Shown: positions 8,543 to 18,315, numbered from the stretch's first letter. The stretch: DNA of 64,000 bases from Alphaproteobacteria bacterium (GCA_013140995.1 JABFRX010000097.1:8194-72193), one strand, 5' to 3'. Program-made: numbers and translations. The notes: a model not told the origin generated them from the sequence alone.

Positions 8543-10276
8543 ATGACCACCATTTCCCGCGTTTCGTTTCGTGAATCGCTGACCACCTCCGCCGCGATCG
8601 CCGCGCTGCTCGTCGGCGTGCTGTTGCTTGCCGGATGCGATCAGCGCGTCAGCGAAGGCGAAACCGACGCGAAGGCGCCGGAGAAGAACAAGCTCAGCCC
8701 GAGAGAAATTAAAGACGATACCGATCAACTCTCAACCGATGCAGCCACAGCGCCGGAGCCAAGCATGCGGGGATTTGCCTCCGCGCCGCCACCGCCGTTG
8801 ATGCTGCCGCAGCCGGAGGTGCGCGACAAATTTCCGGATGCAAAGCCCAATCCGGTGAAGCTGGTCGCTGAGGAGCCGGTTTCGACGTTCTCGGCCGATG
8901 TCGATACGGCGTCCTATACGGTGGTCCGGAAGTTCTTAAACGACGGCGCACTGCCGCCTGCCGACGCCGTGCGCATCGAAGAGATGGTGAACTACTTCGA
9001 CTACAGCTATCCCCTGCCCGACAATCGCGCGCAGCCGTTCCGGCCATCCGTCGCCGTCTACCAGACGCCTTGGAATCCGGACACGCAGATCGTGCACATC
9101 GGCATCAAAGGCTTCGACATTCAACGCAGCGAGCGGCCGACGGCGAATCTTGTGTTCCTTCTCGACGTGTCGGGATCGATGGACGAGCCGAACAAGCTGC
9201 CGCTGGTGAAAAAGGCGATGCGGATGCTTGTCAACGAGCTCGACGCGAAGGATCGGGTGTCGATCGTCGTCTATGCCGGTGCTGCGGGTGTGGTGCTTGA
9301 GCCGACACCGGGGTCGGAGAAGGGCAAGATTTTGGCCGCGATCGACGATCTGACACCCGGCGGATCGACGGCCGGTGCCGAAGGCATTCGTCAGGCCTAT
9401 CAGCTGGCGCGGTCCGGCTTTGTCAAAGATGGTGTTAATCGCGTGATCCTGGCGACCGACGGCGACTTCAATGTCGGCATCACCGATCCGAACCAGCTTG
9501 AGGATTTCGTGGCGCGCGAACGTGAGAGCGGCGTGACGCTGACTTGCCTTGGGTTTGGCATCGGCAACTACAACGACGCCTTGATGCAGAAGTTGGCACA
9601 GAAGGGTAATGGCAACGCCGCCTATATCGACACGATAAACGAGGCGCGGAAGGTGCTGGTTGAGCAGATTGGCGGCACGTTGTTCACGATTGCGAAGGAC
9701 GTGAAGTTCCAGATCGAGTTCAATCCGTCGCGGGTGAGCGAGTACCGGTTGGTTGGCTATGAGACGCGGCTGCTTAATCGCGAGGACTTCAACAACGACA
9801 AGGTGGATGCGGGCGATATCGGTGCGGGACACGCTGTGACCGCGCTCTACGAGATCGTGCCTGCGGGATCGAACGGGCATTTGATGGACCCGCTGCGCTA
9901 TCAGTCGAAGACGCCGGTGGTGCCCACGAGTTCGACCGGCGAGATTGCGTTCTTGCGTATGCGCTACAAACTGCAGGCGGAGAGCCAGAGCCGGCTGATC
10001 GAGCGGCCGGTGACGGACCGCGACAAGGTCGAAGACGTGCGCGGTGCGGGCGAGGACTTGCGGTTTGCTGCTGCGGTCGCCGGGTTCGGGCAGTTGTTGC
10101 GCAACGATCCTTACATGAAGAACTTCGGCTACAAGGACGTGGCCGAGTTGGCGAACGGCGCGAAGGGACGCGATCCGTTCGGCTATCGCTCAGAGTTCGT
10201 GCAGCTGGTGAAGCTCGCGCAGGCGCTGCCGTCGATCCCGGCGCTCGAGCAAGACGGCCAGGGCGGCCCGGATTAG
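8543..10276 (+). CDS. von Willebrand factor type A domain protein (YfbK-like, lipoprotein-type N-terminus)
   Basis: LLLAGC lipobox and MIDAS motif LLDVSGSMDEPNKLPLVKKAM. Also GGSTAGAEGIRQAY and ILATDGDFNVG, plus a C-terminal region typical of YfbK-like proteins. Confidence 0.85.
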   Translation: MTTISRVSFRESLTTSAAIAALLVGVLLLAGCDQRVSEGETDAKAPEKNKLSPREIKDDTDQLSTDAATAPEPSMRGFASAPPPPLMLPQPEVRDKFPDAKPNPVKLVAEEPVSTFSADVDTASYTVVRKFLNDGALPPADAVRIEEMVNYFDYSYPLPDNRAQPFRPSVAVYQTPWNPDTQIVHIGIKGFDIQRSERPTANLVFLLDVSGSMDEPNKLPLVKKAMRMLVNELDAKDRVSIVVYAGAAGVVLEPTPGSEKGKILAAIDDLTPGGSTAGAEGIRQAYQLARSGFVKDGVNRVILATDGDFNVGITDPNQLEDFVARERESGVTLTCLGFGIGNYNDALMQKLAQKGNGNAAYIDTINEARKVLVEQIGGTLFTIAKDVKFQIEFNPSRVSEYRLVGYETRLLNREDFNNDKVDAGDIGAGHAVTALYEIVPAGSNGHLMDPLRYQSKTPVVPTSSTGEIAFLRMRYKLQAESQSRLIERPVTDRDKVEDVRGAGEDLRFAAAVAGFGQLLRNDPYMKNFGYKDVAELANGAKGRDPFGYRSEFVQLVKLAQALPSIPALEQDGQGGPD

Positions 10277-10319
10277 AGGTGCGCGACTTCGAACCTTGCG
10301 GACGTTACTAGGCTCGCAA

Positions 10320-10373
10320 GGTTCACCACAAAGCCACGAGGGTCACGAAGAAATGAAATGGCGCTTCGCGCCG
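10320..10373. repeat. Left arm of a 54-bp inverted repeat flanking the GxxExxY gene
   Basis: GGTTCACCACAAAGCCACGAGGGTCACGAAGAAATGAAATGGCGCTTCGCGCCG matches the reverse complement of 10797-10850 at 49 of 54 positions (hand alignment). Confidence 0.9.
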
Positions 10374-10383
10374 GGAGGTTGGG

Positions 10384-10785
10384 ATGGAGGCTGTCGTTCG
10401 GAACCCGATTCCGGCGGAGTTGGAGAAAATCGCGACGGATGTCGTGGATGCGGCCTTTAAAGTGCATGTTGCGCTGGGACCTGGATTATTGGAGTCCGCT
10501 TACGAGAGATGTTTGGCGTTCGAACTTGAGCGTCGTGGACACGTGGTGCAGAGGCAGCTTGAGCTGCCAATCCACTATGACGGCTTCAAGCTTGATGTAG
10601 GCTACCGGCTCGATCTGTTGGTCGACGACGTAATCGTGGTCAAGGTGAAGGCGGTTGATAGTCTGATCCCAATCCATCAATCCCAACTGCTTACCTACCT
10701 AAAGCTGTCGGGCCGCCGTCTCGGTTTCCTAATGAACTTCAACGTCCGCCTCTTCAAAGAAGGGCTTCGGCGCGTTGCACTCTAA
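10384..10785 (+). CDS. GxxExxY protein (PD-(D/E)XK nuclease superfamily, PDDEXK_3-like)
   Basis: GPGLLESAYERCLAFELERRG contains the GxxExxY signature, followed by YRLDLLVDDVIVVKVKAV...HQSQLLTYLKLSG. 133 aa. Confidence 0.85.
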   Translation: MEAVVRNPIPAELEKIATDVVDAAFKVHVALGPGLLESAYERCLAFELERRGHVVQRQLELPIHYDGFKLDVGYRLDLLVDDVIVVKVKAVDSLIPIHQSQLLTYLKLSGRRLGFLMNFNVRLFKEGLRRVAL

Positions 10786-10796
10786 GGCTAACGGAT

Positions 10797-10850
10797 CGGC
10801 GCGAAGCGCCATTCTTTTTCTTGGTGACCTTCGTGGCTTTGTGGTGAACC
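10797..10850. repeat. Right arm of a 54-bp inverted repeat flanking the GxxExxY gene
   Basis: CGGCGCGAAGCGCCATTCTTTTTCTTGGTGACCTTCGTGGCTTTGTGGTGAACC; see the left arm. Confidence 0.9.
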
Positions 10851-10860
10851 ATTCTTCCTG

Positions 10861-10900
10861 CCTCACCAAAACAAAAGGGCGGCTGGTGAGGCCGCCCTTT
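10861..10900 (-). terminator. Rho-independent terminator of autotransporter 1 (could act bidirectionally)
   Basis: On the minus strand: GGGCGGC-CUCACCA-GCCGCCC followed by UUUUGUUUUGG. The downstream UGGUGAGG is complementary to the hairpin loop. Confidence 0.75.
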
Positions 10901-10921
10901 CGGTGTCTAGACTCGCTCGCG

Positions 10922-13900
10922 CTACCAGGTGGCGCGGAGGCCGGCTGAGGCGCCGTGGGTGTTCATGCTGCTCGAGAACAGGCCGTTGTAGTCGAGGAAG
11001 ACGGTGACGTTCTTCGAGACCTGGGCGCCTAGCCCCAAGTTTGCGACGATCGTGTCGCGCGCCTGGTCGGCGGAGATGATCTGGAACTGCGTCGCGGGGT
11101 CTTCGAGGAACGCGGCCGCGAACGACTGGTTCTCGTCCAGGAACTCGTGGCGCCAAGCGATCTCGGCCACCGGCACGAGGCGCACGCCGCCCGCTTGCCA
11201 CGCGCCGGTCAGACGCAGACCCAGCGTGGTGGAGAGGCTGTCGGCATCGGAGTCGGCGACCAGCAAGTTGAACGCACCGGCACCCGATTCGACGAAGCCG
11301 TCGGTCGAGGTCGAGGCGTAGGCGAGCCCTAAGAACGGCGTGAAGTCGATGCGGCCGCTGTCGAAGATCATGCCCGCTTCCGTGCGCACGCCGAATGCGT
11401 TCGCGTCGTAATTCGCGGTGGCGACGACAGGCGGGTTCAGCGTCACGTCGATCAGGCGCGTCGCGCTGATGTCGTGGAAGCCGAAGCCGATCTGCGCGTC
11501 AGCGTACCAGGACTTGCCGGTGTAGCCGCCGTAGCCTGCGAATTGGAACGTGTCGATGTCGGCGCTGTCGCGCAGCGTGTCGAACTCGACGTCCGTCGAC
11601 GACCAACCGATCGCGCCACCGATGTTCCAGCGACTGTCGACCGCGAAGTCGAGACCGCCCGCGAAGCCGCCGGTGTCTTGGCTGTAGCCTGCCGCTTCGG
11701 CGTCGCCGTCGCTCTCCGTCCAGGCGCCGTAGCCGCGACCCCAGATCGACATGCCGCCGCGCATACCCATCGCGCGCGCCGGGGCGTCACTCGCCACGTT
11801 TGGCGGCGCCGCGTCAGCGTAACGGCGGAGTGCCAATTCAGCGGTTTGAGAGGCGCCCGGGCCGCGCATGTCATCAAGACGTCCGCCGACGGCGTCGTTG
11901 AAGCCTTGGCTGACACGCAGGCCCGCTTCCTGGACGCTGGCATGTTCGGAGCCGCCTATATCGTCGTAGACGCGCGCGACTTCTGCTTCCGAGCCGACCG
12001 GAATGCTCAAGAGGTAGTTGAAGAGGTCGGTAAAGTCGGCGCTGTAGCCGCCGGCGTTGTAGATGCCTTCGAGCGTGCCGCCGATCGTCGTTTGGTTTTG
12101 CGAGAGGCTGGTCAGCGCCAGTGCGGTGCTGAAACCTTGGCGCGTCAGCGTGATGTCGACGTCGCCTGCGTTCACTGTCGCGACGCCGCCGAAGAAGATC
12201 GAGCTCGTGTCGATCGTGCCTGCGTTCGTGAAGGTGCCTGCAATCGCGCCCGTGATTACGTCCTGATAAACGAACGTGTCGCCGCCGATCGAGGCAAACG
12301 TGTCGCCTTGGACGTAGGCTGCGATCCGGCCGCCGAGGTTCGCCGTGCCCGCGGTGATCGTTGCGTGTTGGGCCGTGTTCGACGTCAGCTGGAATTCGAG
12401 CGTTCCGGCGGTCTGGGTGTAGGTGCCGACGTTCACCGTGGTGTCGTCGTCGAGATAGACTGTGCCCGAACCGCTGTGGGTCATGCTTGTCGCGGTGACC
12501 GCAGCGCCGGCACCCGTCGAGCCGCGTAGCGCGCCGCCGATGACAGCGGTGCCCGAGCCCAGCATGTCGAACTGGTCGAGGCCGGTCGCCGTGCCGCGCA
12601 GGTATGAGAACGTGCCCGAGGCATGCATGATGAAGTCGTCGGTGCCGCCGGCGGTGACGTCGCCGTCGAGCGTGCCGCCGTCGCCGTTGAACGTGGAACC
12701 GTTGGCGAGATTGAGCGCCGTTCCGACAATCGTACCCGCGCCGCCGCGGATGAGTCCTGCCGTTTGCGTGATCGTAGCGGCCGTGGCGCCGGTTACATTG
12801 ATGCCGACGCCGGTCTGACCGATGATCGTACCCGATGTGACGATGCCGCCCGATACCGAGCCGGACACCTGCACGCCATCCACGCCGCCATCGATCGTGC
12901 CTGTGTTGGTGATCGTGCCCGTAATCGGGCCGGTGACGTTGATGCCGTTGCTCGCTGCGTTGACCGTGCCCGCGTTGACGACGTTGCCGGTGAGCGCCGC
13001 GCCGCTCGTGACGATGCCGTCGCGACCGGCATCGATCAGCGCATTGTTCGTTAGGTTGCCCGTGAACGCGGTGGCGTTCACGACGACGCCGTCGCGGGTG
13101 GCAGAGACAATTTCACCGTCGTTCGTGACGTTGCCGGTGAACGAGGTGCCGCCGACGATGACCGCGTCAAGGTCGGCGCTGATCTGGCCGGTCGCGTTGT
13201 TGACGATGTTGCCCGTGAAGGCAGTCGCGCCAGTCAACACGATGCCGAAGGACGACGTATTCTCGCCTAAAATTTGGCCGGAGTTTGTGATGTTGCCGTT
13301 GAACGTCGCGCCGCTGATCAGCATCGCGGTCGCGGATGTGCCGGTGACTTCGATAATCCCGGTCGTGCTGTTCGTAATGCCCCCCGCTATCGTGCCCACG
13401 AGAAGCTGAATGCCGTTCGCCGAACCCTGGCCCTCAATCAGGCCGTGGTTGGTGATACCGCCTTTGAGCTGTCCGCCCGCGCTATTCATCTGCATCGCTG
13501 CCGTCGTCGTGCCGCGGATGACGGCGCCTGCGCTGTTCAGGATGCCACCGCGGAGTTCGAGCGAGGCGCCGCTCATGTCGATGCCGATCGCGCCCTCGAT
13601 CAATTCGTTGTTCTGAACGCCGCCGTTGATGTCGCTGCCCGCGCCCATGAAGATGCCGGCCGTGCCGCCGATGATCGTGCCGTCGTTCAGGAAGCCGTTG
13701 TCGAGCGAGCTGTCTGTGTCGAGGAAGAAGCCGTAGTTGCCGCCATCCAGCGTTCCTGTGTTCGAGAAGCCGCCGTCGACCTGCGAGTTCGCTTGAACTG
13801 AGATGGCGTTGTTAACCGCAAGCATTTGGCCGACGTTCGTGATGGCGCCCGCTAGGTAGCTGCTGTCGACCAGAAGCGCATCCGTCGGCGCGTTCATGTT

Positions 13901-14110
13901 CAGACCGTTATAGAAACTGTCGCCGTTCGCATCGGCGTAGACCGTCGCGTTGGTGTCGATGATGACGAAATCGGTTTCGGTGTTGACGATCGCGTCGCTG
14001 GGCAACGGGCCCGAGACGGTTGTCGATGCCGATGCCGGGCTTGCCGCGAACGCCGCAACGACAGCGATAATGGATGCACCGGACAGTAACTTCTTCGAAC
14101 GCGCGCGCAT
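10922..14110 (-). CDS. Autotransporter (type Va) with a beta-helical repeat passenger and a C-terminal beta-barrel
   Basis: Signal peptide MRARSKKLLSGASIIAVVAAFAASPASA (ATG 14110 preferred over the track start at 14209). About 20-aa G-x-I-T-N-x-G-x-I repeats. C-terminal barrel ending GLRATW. Confidence 0.85.
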   Translation of the reverse strand: MRARSKKLLSGASIIAVVAAFAASPASASTTVSGPLPSDAIVNTETDFVIIDTNATVYADANGDSFYNGLNMNAPTDALLVDSSYLAGAITNVGQMLAVNNAISVQANSQVDGGFSNTGTLDGGNYGFFLDTDSSLDNGFLNDGTIIGGTAGIFMGAGSDINGGVQNNELIEGAIGIDMSGASLELRGGILNSAGAVIRGTTTAAMQMNSAGGQLKGGITNHGLIEGQGSANGIQLLVGTIAGGITNSTTGIIEVTGTSATAMLISGATFNGNITNSGQILGENTSSFGIVLTGATAFTGNIVNNATGQISADLDAVIVGGTSFTGNVTNDGEIVSATRDGVVVNATAFTGNLTNNALIDAGRDGIVTSGAALTGNVVNAGTVNAASNGINVTGPITGTITNTGTIDGGVDGVQVSGSVSGGIVTSGTIIGQTGVGINVTGATAATITQTAGLIRGGAGTIVGTALNLANGSTFNGDGGTLDGDVTAGGTDDFIMHASGTFSYLRGTATGLDQFDMLGSGTAVIGGALRGSTGAGAAVTATSMTHSGSGTVYLDDDTTVNVGTYTQTAGTLEFQLTSNTAQHATITAGTANLGGRIAAYVQGDTFASIGGDTFVYQDVITGAIAGTFTNAGTIDTSSIFFGGVATVNAGDVDITLTRQGFSTALALTSLSQNQTTIGGTLEGIYNAGGYSADFTDLFNYLLSIPVGSEAEVARVYDDIGGSEHASVQEAGLRVSQGFNDAVGGRLDDMRGPGASQTAELALRRYADAAPPNVASDAPARAMGMRGGMSIWGRGYGAWTESDGDAEAAGYSQDTGGFAGGLDFAVDSRWNIGGAIGWSSTDVEFDTLRDSADIDTFQFAGYGGYTGKSWYADAQIGFGFHDISATRLIDVTLNPPVVATANYDANAFGVRTEAGMIFDSGRIDFTPFLGLAYASTSTDGFVESGAGAFNLLVADSDADSLSTTLGLRLTGAWQAGGVRLVPVAEIAWRHEFLDENQSFAAAFLEDPATQFQIISADQARDTIVANLGLGAQVSKNVTVFLDYNGLFSSSMNTHGASAGLRATW

Positions 14111-14327
14111 GAACCTTCCCCTTGCATTGACACTTTGATGGCCGGGGAGGCCTTGGCCGCGCTCCTGCCCCAGGAACGCGGCCAACCCTTCGCCGTCGAA
14201 CATCGTCACGTTCGGGGATAGGTCGTTAATCCTACCAACTTCTTAACTGGCCCTGCGGTTGGTGGGAATTCGCTAAGAACTGTGTTCGCGCCAGGCCTAG
14301 TTGTTGTTGGCGGGTCACAGAAACGGC

Positions 14328-14355
14328 GAAGGGCGGCCCGGTGGGACCGCCCTTC
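14328..14355 (-). terminator. Terminator-like hairpin after autotransporter 2
   Basis: GAAGGGCGG...CCGCCCTTC, a 9-bp stem similar in sequence to the 10877 hairpin. The U-tract is weak. Confidence 0.5.
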
Positions 14356-14384
14356 TGATCGAGAGAGAAGGAGTGATTCGCGTC

Positions 14385-17300
14385 TTACCAGGTGACGCGG
14401 ACGCCGCCCGATGCATTTGTGAGCGAGGCGTCGGCATTGTACTGGCCGTTGACGTCGAAGAAGACTTCGAAGTTCTTCGTCACGCCGAACGTCGCGCCGC
14501 TGGAGACGACCAAGCTGTCGGCCTTCACCTGCGAGGAGACGATCGACATCACGACCGAAGGATCGTCGATGAACGCGGCGTCGAACGTAGCGTTGTCGTC
14601 CAGATACTCATGACGCCAGCCGATCTTGAAATCGGGAACGACCGGGGTCTTGGCCATCATCCATTGACCGGACGCGCGCAGCGCGAGGGTGGTCGAGAGG
14701 CTTTGGCCTTCGGCGCCGCTGACGATCAACGCGTAGCCCGCCGGGCTCGTTTCGGTGAAGCCGGACGCACTTGAGTCGATGTAGGCGACAGCCAGCGACG
14801 GCTGCACGTTTACGCGGCCGAGACGCCAGATCGCGCCGAGTTCGCCGTTGACCGACCACGATGACGCATCGTAGCCCGCCGTCGCGATGTCGGAACCCGC
14901 GGGCGCCGGCAGATCGATCGAACGCAGCGTGCCGATATCGTGCCAGGCGTAGCTGCCTTGCGCATCGACATAGAAGCGGCCGAAGCCGTACGAGCCGAAC
15001 ACGTTGGCCTGCCAGGATTCGATGTCGGCCGTATCCGGCGAGGCGTCGAACCACATGTCGGATGTCGCGTACGCGATCGAGGCGCCGATCGTTTCGTTCG
15101 GGCTTAGTGCGTAGTCCACGCCGACGATGCCGCCTTGCGAGTCGTGATCGTAACCCGACGCGTCCGCATCGGTATCGACGTTGTTCTCGTTTTCGAAGGC
15201 ACGGCCCCAGACCGACCAACCGCTTGCGCCGCGGGTCATGCCTTGGCTTCCTCGGAGACCGCTGCTCGCTGCGTCTGACGCGACAGCGACGGCTTGTGCG
15301 TACTGCTGCCCGGGCGTACCCGACCAACGGACGCCGTCTTGGCTGATAAGGACGCTGTCGAGACGTTCACGCACCATGCCGTTGATCGAGTTCGTCAGGT
15401 TGTTCACGGCCTGACCCACTTGGGCGTGCTGCGAGCCGGAGAGTTCGATCAGCATCGCCTGCACCTCGGCCGTGGTGGCGGCGTCGAACAGAGCTTCGAA
15501 CACGTCCTGCAAGTCGCCCGAGTAGCCGCCTGCGGTGTAGATCGTTTCGAGTGCGTTGCCGACGGCTATCTGGTTGTGCGACTCGGCAACCAGGACATCG
15601 CCAAAGGCGAGGCGGTTCAAGATGAGATCGACCGTGCCATCGCCGTCGTATTGCGCGAAGCCGGTGAAGAACGGCGACGACGTGAGGATCGTGCCCGAGT
15701 TCGCGAACGTGCCGGTCAACGCGCCTGCGCTGATCACGTTGTTGTAGACGAGCGCGCTCGTCGTCGGGATCGGCGCCGCGGCCATTGTGGCCGGATCGAT
15801 GAAGGCGCCGACGTTCGCGCCGGTGATCGTGCCGGCTGCCGTCGAGATAAAGCCCGCGTCTTCGACGCCAGCCGGCAGGCTCACGTGGAATTCGATGAGG
15901 TCACCGGTGCCGACATTGAAGTCGTTCAACGTGATTGTCGTATCGTCGTCGAGGTAGAACTGCGCACCGACGCCGTTGCCGTACATGTGATCGGCGGTGA
16001 CAGTCACGCCAGCGCCGTCGATGCCGCGGGCGGATGAGCCTAGCACGAACAGGCCGGTACCGTCGTTGTCGAAGTGGAAGATGCCGGTTGCCGTGCCATT
16101 GCTGTAGGCGAACGTACCTGAGCCTGCGGCGCCGAAGCTGTCGGTCGTATCGCCGTTGATGTTGCCGCCGACGACGCCGCCCGAGCCGATGAACGTATCG
16201 ACGTCGCCGTTGACCATGAAGAGTGCGGTGGGTGCGGCGATCGATCCCGCTGTCTGCGTGATTGTGTGCCCCGCCGTCGCGCCGGACAGGTTGATGCCGA
16301 GGTTCGTGGCTAAGATGTTGCCGGAGTTACTGATGCCGCCGACGACCTGACCAGTGATGTTGAGGCCGGTGCCCGCAGTGATGTCACCGCCGTTGCTCAG
16401 CGCGCCTTGGACGAGGCCGCTGAGGAAGATGCCGGTGGCACCGACAGCGATATTGCCGTCGTTCGTGACGTCGCCAGTGATCGTGCCGTTCAGCGTGATG
16501 CCATTGGCGGTGGCGGTGAGGTTGCCGGTATTCGTGACGGACCCGTCGATCAGCGGCGCGATAAGCGCAATCGCCGTCGAGCCGGTGATGTCGCCGTTGT
16601 TCGTGATGTCACCGGTGATCGTTCCGGTGCCGAGCATGATGATGCCCTGGTTGAATGCGGTGATCGCGCCGTCGTTCAGAACGCTGCCGGTGAAGTCCGT
16701 GCCGGTCCAGCTGAAGCCGGCGCCGTTGCCAGCATTGATCAGGCCATCGGCGTCATTGACGAAGTCGCCGTTAAGGTCGGTGCCGAACACCGCGATGCCA
16801 GAGGAGTTTGCCGACGTGACGACACCGCTGTTCGTTATGCCGCCAGTAAAGGTCGCGCCATTTATCAAGATCGCGGTGTTGGAGGCTTGGATCGTGCCCG
16901 TATTCGAGATGCCGCCGGAAAACGTAGCGCCCGCTATCGAGATCGCGATGCCACTTGTGTTCGTCGCCGAGATGACGCCTTGGTTGTCAAGGCCTTGGGC
17001 AATCGTGCCACCATTCAGGCCAACGCCAATTCCACCGACGCCATCGGCGATGATCGAGCCGGTCGACTGATTGACGATCGATCCAGCTAGCACTCCACCG
17101 ATCAGCACGCCGTTGTCGCCGCGGATCGTGCCGGAGTTGTCGATGTTGCCGGTGACGGTGCCGCCGGCGATGTTGATGCCCGTGCCGCTTGTCGCAACGA
17201 TGCGTCCGCCTTCACGGTTGATGATCGATCCGGCGAGTACACCGGTCTGCATGTTGATACCGATGGACGTTGTCGCCCCCGACGAAAGAATGCGGCCGCT

Positions 17301-17984
17301 GTTGTCGATATCGCCGACCAGGGCCGTGAAGGAACTCAGGTTGATCGCGACGCCGTCGTCGGACACCAACGCCTGGATCGTGCCGGTAGAAGCGTTCGTG
17401 ATCCCGCCGATCACGACAACGCCCGCGCCTTCGAATGCAATGCCATCGGCATTGTTCGTGCCGAAGCCAATGATCGTCCCTTCGTTCGTGATGCCGCCGG
17501 TGACAATGGAATTCCCGGTGAGGAGAATGCCGTCGGTCTGGCCTTGAATTATGGCGGCCGTCCCCGAGTTCGAAATGGCGCCGTTGATGATCGAGTTGTT
17601 GATGAAGATGCCTTCGGTGCCTCCCTCGATGAGACCCGTGTTGGAAATGGCGCCGCCGATACTGCTTCCGACTATGTTGATGGCAGAACCCGTAATCGAG
17701 CCAGTGTTGGAGATTCCGCCATTAAGCGTCGCGTTCGTGATGTTCACGAACGACGTGAGCGTGCCACTGTTGAACAGGCTCACGCCGCCCGTGTCTGCCA
17801 AGACGAGCGATCCCGCTTGAATATCGATAAAGTCGTCGGAGACTGTGTTCGTCACCGGCGGATTCGGATTGCCGGCAGCCGTGATCGTCTGCCCGGCAAG
17901 TGCCGGATCGGCGGCCCCGAAGGCGGCCATGACGGCCAGCGTCGAGACGCCTGACAACAACTTCTTCGAACGGATACGGATCAT
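14385..17984 (-). CDS. Autotransporter (type Va), paralogue of the neighbouring gene
   Basis: Signal peptide MIRIRSKKLLSGVSTLAVMAAFGAADPALA (ATG 17984). Same G-x-I-x-N-x-G repeat architecture. Barrel ending GGVRVTW. Confidence 0.85.
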   Translation of the reverse strand: MIRIRSKKLLSGVSTLAVMAAFGAADPALAGQTITAAGNPNPPVTNTVSDDFIDIQAGSLVLADTGGVSLFNSGTLTSFVNITNATLNGGISNTGSITGSAINIVGSSIGGAISNTGLIEGGTEGIFINNSIINGAISNSGTAAIIQGQTDGILLTGNSIVTGGITNEGTIIGFGTNNADGIAFEGAGVVVIGGITNASTGTIQALVSDDGVAINLSSFTALVGDIDNSGRILSSGATTSIGINMQTGVLAGSIINREGGRIVATSGTGINIAGGTVTGNIDNSGTIRGDNGVLIGGVLAGSIVNQSTGSIIADGVGGIGVGLNGGTIAQGLDNQGVISATNTSGIAISIAGATFSGGISNTGTIQASNTAILINGATFTGGITNSGVVTSANSSGIAVFGTDLNGDFVNDADGLINAGNGAGFSWTGTDFTGSVLNDGAITAFNQGIIMLGTGTITGDITNNGDITGSTAIALIAPLIDGSVTNTGNLTATANGITLNGTITGDVTNDGNIAVGATGIFLSGLVQGALSNGGDITAGTGLNITGQVVGGISNSGNILATNLGINLSGATAGHTITQTAGSIAAPTALFMVNGDVDTFIGSGGVVGGNINGDTTDSFGAAGSGTFAYSNGTATGIFHFDNDGTGLFVLGSSARGIDGAGVTVTADHMYGNGVGAQFYLDDDTTITLNDFNVGTGDLIEFHVSLPAGVEDAGFISTAAGTITGANVGAFIDPATMAAAPIPTTSALVYNNVISAGALTGTFANSGTILTSSPFFTGFAQYDGDGTVDLILNRLAFGDVLVAESHNQIAVGNALETIYTAGGYSGDLQDVFEALFDAATTAEVQAMLIELSGSQHAQVGQAVNNLTNSINGMVRERLDSVLISQDGVRWSGTPGQQYAQAVAVASDAASSGLRGSQGMTRGASGWSVWGRAFENENNVDTDADASGYDHDSQGGIVGVDYALSPNETIGASIAYATSDMWFDASPDTADIESWQANVFGSYGFGRFYVDAQGSYAWHDIGTLRSIDLPAPAGSDIATAGYDASSWSVNGELGAIWRLGRVNVQPSLAVAYIDSSASGFTETSPAGYALIVSGAEGQSLSTTLALRASGQWMMAKTPVVPDFKIGWRHEYLDDNATFDAAFIDDPSVVMSIVSSQVKADSLVVSSGATFGVTKNFEVFFDVNGQYNADASLTNASGGVRVTW

Positions 17985-18315
17985 ATGAAATGCGCTCCCC
18001 AGCGGTGACGAAATCGGTTGGCTGGTTGGAAACGCGGGGCGCAGGATGGGCTGCGCATTCCCCCCGGAATCCACCGAATCAACCCTCGAATCCGGGATAC
18101 GTGGGTTAACGATTCACGTCTATCAGTGGGGGAGGTGGTTAATGCATTCTGCCAAACGTAGTGATTTTTCTACACCAGGTAGTTAAGAGACGTCTCGTTA
18201 CTATTCATAGCGTGCAGAGTTGTGAATTGACGGGGGTCTTTGTCTATGCGCGCGGGAATCCCGCGTGCTTTAACCTTGGTTAAGGATTCGCACGCGCGGC
18301 ACAGGGGCTTTTCGC

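Noticed and set aside
11474-17954. Many long plus-strand ORFs opposite the autotransporter genes (for example 11474-12529, 12822-13409, 16354-17070, 16407-17090, 17071-17547)
   Set aside because: These are antisense shadows of GC-rich, Gly/Thr/Asn-repeat coding sequence. Their translations are low-complexity (P/V/A/R-rich), and they lack ribosome-binding sites and any family resemblance.
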